A stretch of 64,000 nt of DNA, from NCBI GenBank assembly GCA_965235115.1, contig OZ249440.1:35528001-35592000 (forward strand), in the 5' to 3' direction. Source of the stretch: Laetmonice hystrix. Its lineage: Eukaryota. Positions 1-13,716 of this stretch are shown one piece after another. Every line of letters starts with the position of its first letter. The first letter of the stretch is position 1. The position numbers were made by a program, and so were the translations under genes. A model generated the notes under the pieces. It saw only the letters and a list, made by a program, of their open reading frames with translations. It made no database searches and was not told the DNA's origin.

Positions 1-15
1 TCAACGATCCGGGCT

Positions 16-1365
16 GTGAACAATATCGTGAACAAATTATATGATCACAGAAACAATGGGGAATATAGTATAGTAATATTCCTCGACCTAGCAAAAGCTT
101 TTAATTGCGTAAATCACGATATACTATGTGGGAAATTGGATAAGCTTGGTATTACTGGATGCTGTAAAAAATGGATTATTGAATATTTAAGGAATAGACA
201 GCAATTTGTCAAAAACGGGGGTGTAAAATCTGACTGTCAAACCATAAACTATGGGATACCGCAGGGAAGTGTACTAGGACCTCTTATCTATCTTTTATAT
301 GTTAATGATATCATGGAAAGTCACATTACCTCCGATCTATCTATGTTTGCAGACGATACTGGTATGATAGCACATGGTAAAAATTTGTCAGATGTCATAT
401 CACAAATCAAAAATGATATTGGAAAGCTAATTGAGTGGTTCAATGCCAATAAGCTTATGGTTAGCCTTGATAAAACAAAATGTATGTACTTCAGCAAGTT
501 TGTAAATGACCAGAGAGAATTACCTCGGATTACTGTTAATGATGTCCAATTAGATTTTGTCAGAAACTTTTCATATCTTGGTATAATTCTAGATGATAAA
601 CTTCAATTCAATGACCATATCAAAAATAGTATACAGAAAGCAGGGCACAAAGTGTATATGTTATCGAGAATTAGACAATATATTAATAAAAACACAGCTT
701 TAACTATTTTTAAATCAATGATCTTACCGTATATTGAATATGGTAATATTTTTAATGGCACATGTAATGAAACATATAAACATAAATTACAGGTTATACA
801 AAATAGTGGGCTTAAAATTGCACTCAATAGAAATATTTTATGGAACACAGTAGATTTACATATTGAAGCCAAGCTACTTCCTTGCAAATATCGAAGATTA
901 ATTATGTTACAGAAACTTACTTTTAACGAATTTATTGACAATACAGCATTAGTAGATCGAAGGGAAGTGGTAACCAGAGCTCATGATGGTATACTACTCC
1001 AGGTGCCTAAACCTTATAGCGAACTCTTTAAGAAATCAAATTGTTACTATAAATCAATAATATGGAATAATCTACCTGTCTATATTAGACTTATCACTAA
1101 CCTTGATGAATTTAAATCAGAAATTAAGAAATATTATATCAGGATGTTCTTCATGGATAACAATCGGGACAACCATCATTGGTAATCGATGAAAAGATGT
1201 GACAATGTATTTGCACCTATACCTATACTGTTATGATTAAATGAAGCACTGGATCTGTATATAATTCTGTAACATAGGGCAGGGGCCTGCATTTGTGACG
1301 GCAATTAGTCGAGCAGGACTCCCTGGGTAAAGATGATCAATATAAAAAATAAAAAAAAAATAAAA
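16..1365 (+). mobile_element. 3' part of a CR1/L2-like non-LTR retrotransposon: RT C-terminal half (ORF 16-1185), 3' UTR and A-rich tail
   Basis: RT motifs FLDLAKAFNCVNH, GIPQGSVLGPL, MFADDT, YLGIILD; A-rich tail at ~1343-1366. Confidence 0.85.
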
Positions 1366-1369
1366 ATCA

Positions 1370-2911
1370 CAATGAGAATTGGAGGAATGTATATGACCAT
1401 GGCATTCATTGCAAGTATTGGGAAACTCTTCAGCGATGGTGGTCTACTTGCTATCCTGTCTGAATCTAGTGTGTATGCAGAATCAACAGCCAGGATGATT
1501 TTGCAAGGTAAGCAGGTCTCAAGAGGAATAAGAGCCATAAACCTAGTAAATGAGGCTTTGTTCAGGCTACTTTGGAAAGATTTCCAGAAATGGGCAGAGA
1601 GCCGATGGTATGTGATCATCAGTGATGCAGCCGAGCATGTTCTGCTGAGTATGCAACAGGCCTGTGAGTCGAGGAATATGAACTGATGCTTCATCTGATG
1701 GATGAATTCCACCATCATCATCTGCCTGCAATTCAACGTTACAGCCATAAAATGACATGACTTATAGCGTTATTGATGATAACTGTATGATGAATAAACT
1801 TTCTGACTAAAAACAAGAGTTTACATTATGTACAAGCCATGTTTTTCATCATTTTTTTAAAATTTGACCTTGATATATAATGTGTGACCTTGACCTTGGT
1901 CCAAGGTCAAGGTCATAGTTGATTTTTTTTGCGCTTACAGAGAAGTGTTTCTATCGAGGTAATGACAGCACTTTTCAACATATACCCGATTCTGTGAAAG
2001 AATACATTTTTCCCAGTTCCACTTAGTGCAGAACAGCATCGCTGGGATGATGTCCTGGTTACCATGGCAACAGTGACCATGACCGCCAAAGTTTCATATC
2101 AAAGTGAAGTTTCATATCTGTTCTGTTCTTTGGCATTCAAGAACCGATTAATAAATACTCTCTCCAACTAAACACAAGAGTTTACATCATGTAAAAGCCA
2201 CATTTTCCATCATTTTTTGAATATAACCTTGATATATGTGACCTTGACCTTGGACCAAGGTCATAGTTGATTTTTGTTGTGCTCACAGAGAAGTGTTTCT
2301 ATGGAGACAATGAAAGCCCTTTTCAAACTGTACCCAATTCTGTAAAATGACACATTGTTCGCCAAGCCTCTTAGTGCAGAACAGCCTCTCTGGTGGTGAT
2401 GTCCTGGTTACCATGGTAACACTGACCATGACTGCCAAAATTTCATATGAAAGTGTAGTTAATGGTCTGTTCTGTTCATTGGCATGTGAAACTGATAAAG
2501 AAATACTCTCTCTGACTAAACACAAGAGTTTACATCATGTCCAAGCCACATTTTCCATCATTTTTTAATGTTTGACCTTGAATAATGTGACCTTGACCTT
2601 GGCTCAAGGTCAAGGTCATAATATCATCAGGTGTTGCCCTTAATGATGAATGCTTGACCAAAGTTTCAGAGAAATTCAGAAAATACATCCAGAGTTATAG
2701 ATATTTTTATGTTTTTTTGGCTAGTTTTAAAAAAATCCCTTGTTGCCATGAAAACCGTCTCAGAAAGGGGTGTTGTACTCAGTTGCCAATGGTGCAACAC
2801 CAAAATCCCTACACTTCAGGTGGAGTCCTTCCAAAAAAAGCGTGTTTTGCTTTGTTCTACCTCGGTAGGGGTATATCCCCCAAAATCAGCTCCTCTCTAC
2901 TGCTCTACTAA
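1370..2911 (+). mobile_element. Decayed DNA transposon end, probably Academ-like: transposase fragment plus duplicated subterminal region
   Basis: Peptide RIGGMYMTMAFIASIGKLF...ILQGKQVSRGIRA resembles the GGFH-type invertebrate transposase; repeated TGACCTTGACCTT..CAAGGTCA blocks at 1865-2620; candidate terminus ...CTACTGCTCTACTA at 2911. Superfamily assignment is from memory. Confidence 0.4.
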
Positions 2912-4479
2912 CAATCACTGGAATGCACCAATACATTATTGAGGCACAGAAATAAGCATTGTCAGTTGTCTGTTGTCAGTTTGAAGTGAATCACATAAAT
3001 TATTCTTGGGATGAAGGATGGGAGTACAGATTTCATAGGGGGAGTACATTTTCCATTATGAAATATGTACTGGGGGAGTAGATATTTCACGGGAGTACTT
3101 ATTTCATCTGACACCGGCAATGGCAGAGGATCGAGAGGATGGCAGCCATGGCAGAATGTTCATATGGGATATTTTTTTTCTACTTTTATCAATCTCTTCC
3201 TCGATTTCTAAATAAAGTGCCGTAGTAGTTGCAGCCGCGCATGCAAGGACGCGCTTCCAAGTTCCATGTTTTCATTTTGTCAGCCGTATGATGTCGGGAA
3301 CAGTGGATCACCTGCTTACGCGTTGCGCATACTTTCGGATAGGTCAGACCATCCACCGACGTAGGGCATGATTGGACGCGAAACTCCACAAGAGGTAGCG
3401 CGGGAGCCATCGTGACTAATCGTACGACGCGCATATGGCTGATCGTGGCAGTGGATCCCAGGCAAACGTCATCACAATGCATGACTGAGAACACTTCCTG
3501 TTTGAGTTGCCTGCTTGCAGCTGAGGATATCCTATGAACTAGCGTTGTTGATCTGGTCAGTATTGCAGAGGTTGGAAGGATTTCTGTTGGTTTAGCTTAG
3601 CAAGTCTTCTGGTGTTTCCACATCAGCCTGATGGATACCCTTCTCACATTAAAACTTTCACCTGGAGGTCTCCTGTCCAGTATAATGTCTCCCTTCTTGC
3701 TTTCCAGAACTTTGATGTTGTGCATATGATTGAATTTGTACCTCAGCAGATTTAGAAGCCGTTTTCTCTCCTGACTATTTTGCTGTTCTTTTATGGCCTT
3801 CACTTCAGCTGAATCTTGAGTTGATGGGCCTTTTTGGTTTTGCCGTCCAGGAGGTGCTGTGAGAAGTGTGTTACTTTCTTTCCACACAGATGGCAATACT
3901 GATATGAATTGTAGACACCGGAATTGTCCTTTCACATTCTTGTCCTTCACAGCCTTTCTTATTGTCACTATTCCTGAAATGTTGAATTCCTGATCACAGT
4001 CGGATGATGACTCATTCTGGTTCACTGTATGCAGTGAAGCATATTAAACTGGTATAACTTCACTTCCATCACTGTCAGTGTTGCTAGCTGGTATTAAAGC
4101 AGCCTCTGGTGAGGATGGTGACGAAACTGCCTCAACCTGTTTCTTTGCTTCACTTAATGTTACTCTTTCATTCTTATATTCATCTGACTCACTTTGAGAG
4201 TGTGTACTTTTACCTGGTACATAATCACTTCTGCTGGAATGCATCTCTTCAGTTTCTGGCGTGTTACTGTCAGACTCAAAATCGTCCCTCCTTTTTATTT
4301 TGCGTCGTATGCTGGTCATCAAACTGTTGTCGTCCTCACTCTCAGAATCTGAGTTAGCGAGTTCTGCCAGCATTTGTGTTATTCTCCTCTTGAGTGATGT
4401 GATTTTGGAGCCCGGTGTGAGCTGGTGGTCTTGGATCAGCTCATGCTCTGGATCGAGGTCTTGCTGTTTGTGTTTCTAT

Positions 4480-4842
4480 TCTACAATGAGTTCCTGCTCT
4501 GGATTGAATGCCTGCACTTGTCTGAAGTTCTGCTCTTGGCTGGAATCCTGCTCTTGGCCAAGGTCCTGCCTTTTTCTGAGGTCCTGCTCTTGGCTGCACT
4601 GCAGTCCTGCTCTTGGTTGAAGTGGTGCTCTCAGTTGAAGTCATGCTCTTGGCCGAGATCATGTCCTTTGTTTGAGGTCCTCCTCTGTGCCAAGATCCTG
4701 CCGTTTGTTGAGGTTCTGCTCTTGGATAAGGTTTTGCTCTTTGCGAGAGTCCTGCTCTTTGCAGAGGTCCTGCTCGTGGCCAAGGTCCTGCTCTTTGCCA
4801 AGATCCTGCCGTTTACTGAGGTCTTGCTCTTGGATAAGGTCC
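4480..4842. repeat. Degenerate 18-bp tandem repeat (GAGGTCCTGCTCTTGGCC-like), encoding EQDLxK hexapeptides on the minus strand
   Basis: Visible periodicity; ORF 4659-5021 reads QEQDLSKRQDLGKEQDLGHEQDLCK. Confidence 0.8.
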
Positions 4843-4846
4843 AGTT

Positions 4847-5250
4847 CTTGAACACAGATCACCCAGTGATCGTTCAAATCTTGTACAAGTAGGCAGTGCT
4901 TGCCAATGCAAACTTTGATATTCACTTTCCTGGGTGCCTGGTCATGTTGGCATCCCGGGCAATGAGCAAGCTGACAGAACTGCCAAGAGGGCTCTCGATA
5001 CAGACGTCGAACTGTGTCCAATCCCAGCCTCTAACCTGAGACCTGGCATCTGGGCTTACGTTAGGAACAAATGGCAGGCTGAATAGGATGAACAACCAAA
5101 CAATAAATTGTATCAGATCAGTCCCGTCGTGAACCAAAGGTATCATCACGGCCTAGCCCTAGGCATGAAATTGTTTTTACTCGATGCAGAGTTGGTCATT
5201 CTAGATTAACCCATGTGTTTTTATTGAAGGGGGAACCACCTCCAGAATGT
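4847..5250 (+). mobile_element. Internal RNase H-region fragment of the I-group LINE also seen at 10549-12282
   Basis: Closely matches the reverse complement of ~10852-11260; no 3' tail. Confidence 0.85.
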
Positions 5251-5743
5251 TTGTCTTTGTCAATGTCCCCTGATGGCCTCTCCTCTCCACTCTTTCTGTC
5301 TTTGTCAATGTCACCTGACGGTCTCTCCTCTCCACTGTCCCTGTCCTCCGACTCCTCGTCAATGTCTCCTGATGGCCTCTCCTCCCCACTCTCTCTGTCT
5401 TTTTCAATGTCCCCTGACGGTCGCTCCTCCCCACTCTCTCTGTCTTTGTCAATGTCCCCTGACGGTTTCTCCTCTCCACTGTCCCCGTCAATGTCCCCTG
5501 ATGGCCTCTCCTCCCCACTCTCTCTGTCTTTGTCAATGTCCCCTGACGGTCGCTCCTCCCCACTCTCTCTGTCTTTGTCAATGTCCCCTGACGGTTTCTC
5601 CTCTCCACTGTCCCCGTCAATGTCCCCTGATGGCCTCTCCTCCCCACTCTCTCTGTCTTTGTCAATGTCCCCTGACGGTCGCTCCTCCCCACTCTCTCTG
5701 TCTTTGTCAATGTCCCCTGACGGTCTCTCCTCTCCACTGTCCC
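5251..5743. repeat. Coding minisatellite of 45/39-bp units with a 129-bp higher-order period (DRESGEERPSGDIDK)
   Basis: ORF 5196-5984 repeats a 13+15+15 aa block about three times. Confidence 0.9.
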
Positions 5744-7906
5744 TGCAATTGACTTCCTGAATAATATCTTGAAGAGTTTCAGTGTTAACATATATGCTAA
5801 CATAATGATGTTCCGGGAAGTGTCGCAGAGTTAACCTTGGGCGGGCAGTGTCAATGCAATTGTTGTTGGAAACGATAACTGTATGGTCAATTCCAGCACT
5901 CAAGACAACAACAAACTGCACGTTGTACTCTCTTGCAAGAGCTATCAATGTCAGGTGATCACCATATTTCCATGGGCTTCTCATCTATTCAGTGTAATCT
6001 TCCATGTGTTTATCTACGAATTCTTCGTAATATTCCCCCACTGCTCAATGTGTTGCACAGCATCTCTTCTTAGTTGTTCTGCTGTGAGATAAATACCATA
6101 TCGACGCAGCTGATGAGAAGCAGAAGCAAACTGGCAGCTGGCAGTGTCTTTGGGGTTTTCGATTACCTGGATGGTATCATTCCCCAATATGTCAAGCTCT
6201 TTCATTTTGTCGCTTTTTGTTTTGGGAATAAGATATTTCTGTTTCGTGTAAGTATTGAAATCTGTTACTCTTCGTCTTTTCTGTTCTTTGTCTTTCGTAA
6301 TGCTTGTTATATCAGAGACTTCTTTCCAACATTCTTCAATGTCACCCATTGCGTTGGGACAGCATACCTTATATCGGCCACATTCTACTTTTCTCTGGAT
6401 GATCTTGCCTTTCACTATACATCTTCGTTTAGGTACCCGAGAACCGGAAGATACCCTCACAAGCACATGTTCGCCTTTGGCGTAAACCGATACTCCCCTC
6501 TCCTTTCCTGAGCTCACGGCGCTGTTGTCTGCTGCTCCATCTTTTTGTTGCCATGTTAACCTTTTCAAGCAAACGCTCATCATGACGCGATGTGTAGACC
6601 TCCAAACAAAAAGTCTTTGCCAGATACAGTCAGCTCACTATGGCTACCGCTAGTCAAAGCAGCCAGAAGGAGATGACTGCTCTGTGGCCGGTGTCATTGC
6701 AAAAAAAGTTCCGGTGGACATTATGCCACTGTTGACCAGTGTGGTTAAAGCAGACGTTCAAGCGAGTACCAGGCAAGTGCTAGGAGCCGTAATTTTATTA
6801 AGGCAGAAAGAAATGAGTGAAGCAAATATTTCGGTGGGAAAGGTCAAGGCCGAAGTTCAAACGCACCAGTTTGAGCTGGGCAACACAGCATTAGCGGAAT
6901 CCCAGAAGCAGAAGGTGAGGATACAAACGAGATTGTGATTAGGCTAGCTAGCGACATGGACGTTCCCCTAACTGCTCAAGACATCAGTGTTAGCCACAGA
7001 GTAGGACGACCGAGAGGTGCTAGGCAGCGTGGAGGTATAAATAAATTTCCGTGTTTAACGGGCACATAAAAAAGGTCCCCGCTATTTTAACGGGGCATTT
7101 TACTGGAGCGGGCGGGGTTTTTTTTAGGCAACAGGCCCCTGATCGGTTTATATAACCTGGATAGGGTGCCTAAGTCTCACGACCTAGATAGGCAAATTAG
7201 CAGAAATAACCTCAATCCAGTTCACGGCAGCGCCTAACGTGTGTCATGCGATTGTGACGTCAAAAAATTTCTCATACCATTAACATTGGCAGGGCCAATA
7301 GGTTTACAAAAACCAACCTGTATATTCACAATCCAACTGTCTAAACTATAAAACAAACTTTAATATCCTAGAGTAAACATGCCAGCAATCATGTATTGTA
7401 ACGCTCAATATTAACAGCAACATTACTGCAGAATGACAATATTTTAAAGTTGTCTGTCACTGTTCCCTATGGCCAGTCGCTAAGGTCTTCCAGTAAGGTC
7501 TGTTGCTATGCAGTATAAAAGCCGGGTGGGCTGTTACTAGGCAACAGGATAATTTTACTTTGATGATTGTCCCCAGTTTGGGGACATCCCCACTCTGAGG
7601 CGTCTTACTAAGAATGTCCCTCCCCGGGGATTTTGGTGGGGACTGCTACTGAGTAGTCCCCGCCAAATCCCCGATAAGAAAACGTTAATTGGAGGTATAT
7701 CTCTAAGTAAATAAAAGCTAAAATGTGTCAAACCGTAAACTAGAGATCTTGCTTGCTCTCCCCAGTGCCACGAACACAACGTTTACAATAGTAAACTCTG
7801 TTCCATAACCATACCTACACATATTTTTATACATTATTTTATATTTGTAGTAACATTAACATGTACACACAGTATTATTAATTTTTTATGTGTTCATTCA
7901 TTTCAG

Positions 7907-8600
7907 GAGTTCGTTCCTATATGCGAACATCCACACTGCAACAGCAAAGGGTCAGGAGACTACTGGAATGTCCAGCTGCCAGTGTCAAACCTACCGGTAC
8001 ATCCGCAATCCCAAGCACGTCAGCTGCAACCGAGTCCGAAACGAGGCCTGCGGCTTTTCCAGGATCATCACCGGATCAACGCATTGCCGCTGTGGACGAC
8101 ATCTTGGCCTCCTCCACATTTAATAACTGCTAGCTTACTTTCAATTTTAAGTAATTTAATTTATTTTGTCATTATATATTATAGCAATGATAAATACAGT
8201 GAGGTGGAGTTTTCTTTATGTTTGATAATTAAACTGTCATGCTATGGAAATGAAGGAGAAATTAAAGTCATGGAAAGTTAAATATCCTAAAAATTATATA
8301 TGTGTTTGGCTATGGTATTATATCGCCTTAATTTAAGATCCAGAATGAACCACATATCACCAAAATAAATTTTAATTTTTTACACTTTTTTGTGGGGGGG
8401 GGAGGGTTTGCGGACATTTCTTTATAGAACAAATGCATGAGAAAAATCACGAGATTTGATCATTGAGTGAGCAAAAAAAAACACGAGGAAAAACACAGAC
8501 GCAGTCGAGTTGTTTTTTTTTCGAGCGAAAAAAAGAACTACGAGGGGTGCTATGAATAAAACCCCGAGCGTCAGCGAGTGGTTTTATTCATAGCACCACG
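7907..8600 (+). mobile_element. Possible Crypton-like tyrosine-recombinase transposon 3' remnant
   Basis: After the acceptor TTTCAG it reads GVRSYMRTSTLQQQRV, like the Crypton catalytic-Tyr segment; perfect 18-bp-stem hairpin at 8546-8597. Confidence 0.35.
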
Positions 8601-9590
8601 AGGCCACCTGGCCCAGTTCAACTCTACACAGTGTAAGTCACCAGAACCCACTAGCTGGTCCCATGGGCAGTTACGCCAGTGCCGTGAGCATATCACACGG
8701 GCCCATGGTGTTTATAAATAGTTAACGCCTCGTTATATAGGTCACAGGCCGGCTTAACTCAGTCATTTCCGCACTTACGCGCATGCGCGACGGGGTAATT
8801 AACCTAGTTAGAGAGACGCTAAGGGTTATACCCCAGAGCTTAACGGGGCCTCGACCTCTTTGGGTTTGACCAGCGTACTGGTCACATCGTCGCGGCATAT
8901 GCCTTCCTTCCGTGGCCAAGGTTAAGTACTTAATACTTATATCAACGCTGAGCCAGTGTTTTACTTTTACTCTCTTTGCACAACATGGAAATCCTTCGTT
9001 GTTTAACTTTTATATTCACTGATATTTGTACCATTTTACTGTTCCGAGTACACGGATGTAGCCAGTGGAGCGTGGCCCTCCACATGTCTGATGTCGTGTA
9101 CGTTGATGTAAACTGTATTGTAACCTGTGGTGTAATCCGTCCTTGTCACACGGCTCGCAACATGTCATTGTTTTATACTGTGCAGTCTGTCGATGTGTAT
9201 TGTCCATGTTGTGAAATATGTTAACTGTGTATTAAAACAACCTTCAACTGTGCACCACTTGTTTGTCCACTGAACAGCCCATATAGACGGGTCCCAATAA
9301 CTGACGCTAGCCCCCAATCCTCGTTACCTCTAATCTGAACATACACGTTCCCCGTGGTAACTGCTCAGGGTTGTAGTATAACGCGTTTATCTTTGGGAAT
9401 ATGGCAAGGGGCAGTGGGCGGCCCCCGGAGAGATTATCGCCCTCCATAGAAAGTCTGGTCCGGCATACGGCAGGTGCATGGATCATCATCACTATAGCTG
9501 CCCAGAGGTGACGGAGGCTGTTGATAGTTTGCGTCAGACTTCATTGGTGTGTAACGTTGTAATACACGTGACTTAACCAGTTTTTCATAT

Positions 9591-9933
9591 GAAGAGTCCA
9601 CGGGAAAAACGATCTATGTCACATCTTTGTCGGATTGGCGATTACTACGCCACCTGCCTGAATATTGATCAAGCTTTGTTATAACCCAAGAGAAAAAGGT
9701 CAATTCGATCCAAGTCCGTAGCTGTGGGGGAATAATGATTTAGCATCCTTGTCCAAAACGGTCTATGTCCATGGCGTCCAGAACAAGAACGATCCAAGTC
9801 CAATGGTACAGCATAGGTACAGCATATCAACAGACGAAAACGATCTATGTCCATAAAGTCGTTTTTAATTTTCTTCGTCGTTTTCTAGCAAATCAGTAAA
9901 ATGTGACATAGATCGTTTTCCCGTGGACTCTTC
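9591..9933. mobile_element. 343-bp MITE, probably Sola-type
   Basis: TIRs GAAGAGTCCACGGGAAAA(A)CGATCTATGTCACAT at both ends; ATAT on both sides (9587-9590, 9934-9937). Confidence 0.8.
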
Positions 9934-9959
9934 ATATGTTTTCACTGCACATTTAATTT

Positions 9960-10548
9960 CTGAACATATTTTTGTTTACGGAACAGGATATTGTTGGACG
10001 CCATGCAAGTGGTGTATCTCTTTGCCATGGACATCCATATATATCAAGTTGAACGGCTCGTGCCAACCTTGTCTCATGGCATTATATGTGAACTCTACGC
10101 CAAGTGCCGCAGCGTCTGTTCTTCTGAAGTTATGAGGGAACCACTTCAGTTAGGAGGGCATGTAGAAGCAGTTGTGGAAATCGACATAAGCTTATTTGGT
10201 AAAAAAACGGAAATATCACAGCGGGGCTAAAATCACGACACAGTGGGTACCCGGCTTGGTTGAAAAGCACACTGGAAAGTTTGTGGTACAAGTTGCGACT
10301 GACCGTAAGAAAGAAACATTACAACCAATTATAAATGAACATGTTAGGCCCGGTGCTACCATTTATTCTGATGGGTTCGTTGCTTATCAATCTATAGTTA
10401 AGGAGCAGGGTTTTCATCACCGTTTTGTAAACCACAAGAAGGAATTCAAGGCTGCAGAAGGGATTTGCACAAACACCATAGAAGGGTTATGGGGAAACAT
10501 CAAGTGGCGAATTAAGCGTATGAAAGGCATTTATCCAAGTCAACTGAA
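9960..10548 (+). pseudogene. Merlin/IS1595-family transposase pseudogene
   Basis: VVEID..FGKKRKYH, IYSDGFVAY, H..VNHKKEF, TNTIEGLW; frameshift in the A-run at ~10201; truncated by a LINE. Confidence 0.85.
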
Positions 10549-12282
10549 TGTGAGTGAGTGAGTAGTGGTGGTTTTCCGCTGTGTCGGCATCCGGGGCCAT
10601 CTTCACGGTTATAAGACCATAAAACCAAAGGAACCTATTTTATCCCGGGTCCCAACGGGAACACCACCAAAACATATCAATAAAAGAGTCAGAAGTCCAG
10701 CCTCTGACAAGAACTCTAAAATCACTCCTGGTCTGATATTGCTAAAAAGATCCTTAAGACTCGTCTCATTATAAAACCTTTGTCTGATGAGGGTAAAATC
10801 ACCACATTCGAGTAAAAGGTGCTTCAGTGTCAAAGGACATTGACAGCCATAACATTCTGGAGGTGGCTCCCCCTTCAATAAAAACACATGAGTTAATCTA
10901 GAATGACCAATCCTGCATCGAGTATAAACAATTTCATGCCTACGTTGGGTTAGGCCGTGAAGACACCTTTGGTTCACGACAGGACTGATCTGATACAATT
11001 TATTGTTTGGTTGTTCATCCCATTCAGCCTGCCATTTGTTCTTAATGTAAGCCCAGATGGTAGGTCTGAGGTCAGAGGCTGGGATTGGACACAGTTCGAC
11101 GTCTGTTTCAAGAGCCCTCTTGGCAGTTCTGTCAGCTTGCTCATTGCCCGGGATACCAACATGCCCAGGCACCCAGCAAAAGTGAATATCAAAGTTTGCA
11201 TTGGCAAGCACTGCCAACTTGGACAGGATTTGAACGATCACTGGGTGATCTGTGTTCAAGTTAGCAAGTGCTTGCAGACAGGATAAGGAATCCGAGAAAA
11301 TGAGGAAATCCTTTTCACTAGAAACTTCAATATTTTGAAGGGCAAGAAGCAGGGCCCGGGCCTCTGCTGAGAAGATGGAACTTTGCCCTGAGAAGTTGTG
11401 CTTACCATGAACTGCAGCCGCAGACACATCACTGCCATCCTTTGAGCCATCAGTATAGAATAGTATAGTTGAGCCAACTGAAGAATGACGTCAGGCTTTT
11501 CCAGGTCCCAAGGAGGAATGTTGCAAAAATGTGTCTGCCCCAGGACGTTCAGATCAATATCCAGTTCCTCTAGATGAGGTTTCACTCTCAGTCCAAAAGG
11601 ACGTATGTAAGTTTCCTTTCTTTCATATAAATGTTGGAACTGAGGGTGAAAAACGCAATTGTAAGCTGGATTTGAACTATTTGTCCTGAGCTTCACTGCA
11701 TACTGCAGAGCCAGCTTCAGACGCCTGTTGTCAAGCGATGGCTCTCGGGCCTCCACATAGAGGCTCTGAACAGGGGACGTTCTAAAAGCCCCAAGTGAAA
11801 GCCGCAAACCCTGGTGGTGAACCGTGTCCAAAAGCCAAATGTAAGACTTACAAGCAGAACCATAAACTATGCTACCGTAATCAAGCTTCGACCGGATTAA
11901 AGCTCTGTACAGTTGTAAAAGGACTGTACTGTCTGCCCCCCAGTTTGTGCCAGATAAAACCTTGAGAACATCCAGAGCCTTAAGGCATCTGGATTTGAGT
12001 GATTTAATGTGAGGGATGAAGGGCAGCTCGCTGTCAAAAGTGAGTCCCAGAAACTTTGTCTCTTTAACGACCTTGATAGGATCTCCATCCATTGTCAACT
12101 CAGGGTCAAGGTGGAAAGCACGCAGTTTGCAGAAATGCATGCAGACTGTTTTAGATTTTGAAAAGTTAAAACCGTTTTCCACGGACCAAGTGTGGATTCC
12201 GTTGAGACAAAGTTGGAGCTGTCTCTCAATGGCATTCCTGTTTTTGCTCTGCAGCAGACGTCAAAGTCATCGATGAACAGGC
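10549..12282 (-). mobile_element. 5'-truncated I-group (RNase H-containing) LINE with (ACTC)n tail
   Basis: LFIDDF at ~12263-12280, KFLGLTFD, RSKLDYG, RNase H YTDGSK/SAEARAL/SDSLS/WVPGHVGIPGNEQAD, CCHC knuckle CYGC..HLLLEC; tail at 10549-10563. Confidence 0.9.
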
Positions 12283-13716
12283 GTGGACGACTTCCTCGAC
12301 TTCAGGGCCATTGCTGAGAAAGTCCACAACATCAGAACATATGAATCAGGAAAAAAGGTCTTATGGCGCAGTGTAAAGTGCATTCGTGCTACAAAGTCAA
12401 ACCTGAGCATCATAGAATACAAAGTTTCCTATGATGAGGAATACAGAAAAATCAACCTCAGTTCCAAAGCAACAAGACGAAATGTTCAGGGGCCTGCAGT
12501 CAATGTATGTGTGCAAGCAAAGGCATATGCCAACCCACTCCCAGTATCTGAGGTTAAGAAGAGGGACCTCCTCTCCCTCTGCAAGAATGGTCTTATTCCA
12601 AGAGAACACCACCCTTTTTATCAACACCTGCCCACTGGTGCAGCTGAGGAAGAGGTCGAAAACTAAACTGTAAGCTCTGGGCTGAATCACATAATTTTTT
12701 CATGGTCTTTATTGTCTAAAATGCAACCTGCATCGAGATGACATGATAATATTAGAGATTCATATATTTGTGATTTTAAAAGTTTCTTAGCATTTAGGTT
12801 TATTGTTTTTTAACGCTAAATCAAAAACTTAGCCAGGACTACCCAGGAGACAATCCCCCTACTCTTGTCAAGACGGCAACTCGGCATCTATTTTGGATCT
12901 GTAGGATCGGACACAGCAACCGCCTTTATTGTGAAAATTATACTTATAGATATTTGGAGTAAGAATATTCGACCTATGGTAATTTTGTGACAACTTAAAC
13001 AAAGAACACTTTAGGTCAACATGTCGTATCTTGACACTGCTACTATGGTAGAAATCGATCAGTCTCTTAACAGCAAGAACATCATATCTGGAGAAACTAT
13101 GTTTTGTTCTTAGCCTCCGGGGGAAAATTATCGAAATGCTTTACACAAGAAAGTCCTAGATAAATATATGATGTTGTGACAATAAAATTTTGAAAACAAA
13201 TGATTAACCCGCTTTGAACTAGAATGTCTTACCTGGAAATGCAATGTTTTGGTAATGATATTATGAGAACAATTGTTCAAATATCTAAGAGCTAGAATGT
13301 CTTATCTAGAGATAGGATGTATTGGCACTAATTTGTATAAAACAATTGTTCGAACATCTTGGAACTATAACGTCTTATCTGGAAATAGGACATTTTGGTA
13401 CTCATACCTATGAGAGAATCAGAGTTATGGCTTGTGCCAAAGTGGCTCAATTAAAGGTACATCCGTTTGGCCATGATCTATAATTGAAATATAAGGAAAA
13501 TTGTAGCCAAAACGTTGTACATCACATTATTGTCCATATCCTCCTAATTTCCCATAAGATAATGCGGAAGATTTGAGATTAAAAAGCATTGACATGATTA
13601 AATGTCACTTTGTTAAGAAATGTGCATCAAATGAGAACTGTGTTCACAAAAATGTTTTTTTGAATTTTCTCAAAACTAGTCAAAAGTGAGATACATCGTT
13701 TTGGTTCTAACCCCAC
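12283..13716 (+). mobile_element. 3' half of a Sola-like DNA transposon (transposase C-terminus and right TIR)
   Basis: PLPVSEVKKRDLLSLC..IPREHHPFYQHL; the end GTGAGATACATCGTTTT shares the AAAACGATxTATxTCAC core with the MITE at 9591. Confidence 0.5.

Larger units (their letters stand above)
3597..6583 (-). pseudogene. Fragmented TE-type gene with an OTU-like cysteine protease domain, acidic repeats and a conserved HN..L..RRP segment
   Basis: VIENPKDTASCQF (Cys box), YGDHLTLIALA and EHHYVSI (His box) across ORFs 6014-6583 and 5196-5984; RLLNLLRYKFNHMHNIKVL..RRP in 3597-4025; broken by frameshifts and a LINE fragment. Confidence 0.5.

Noticed and set aside
5201..5803. Overlapping ORFs in several frames over the 45-bp minisatellite
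   Set aside because: Stop-free repeat units; only the frame continuous with the OTU-like domain is plausible.
6684..7030. LINE ORF1-like fragment (QDISVSHRVGR)
   Set aside because: Too short and degraded to support a call.
8632..9330. Possible solo LTR
   Set aside because: TG start and an ATTAAA signal are present, but there is no CA end, TSD or second copy.
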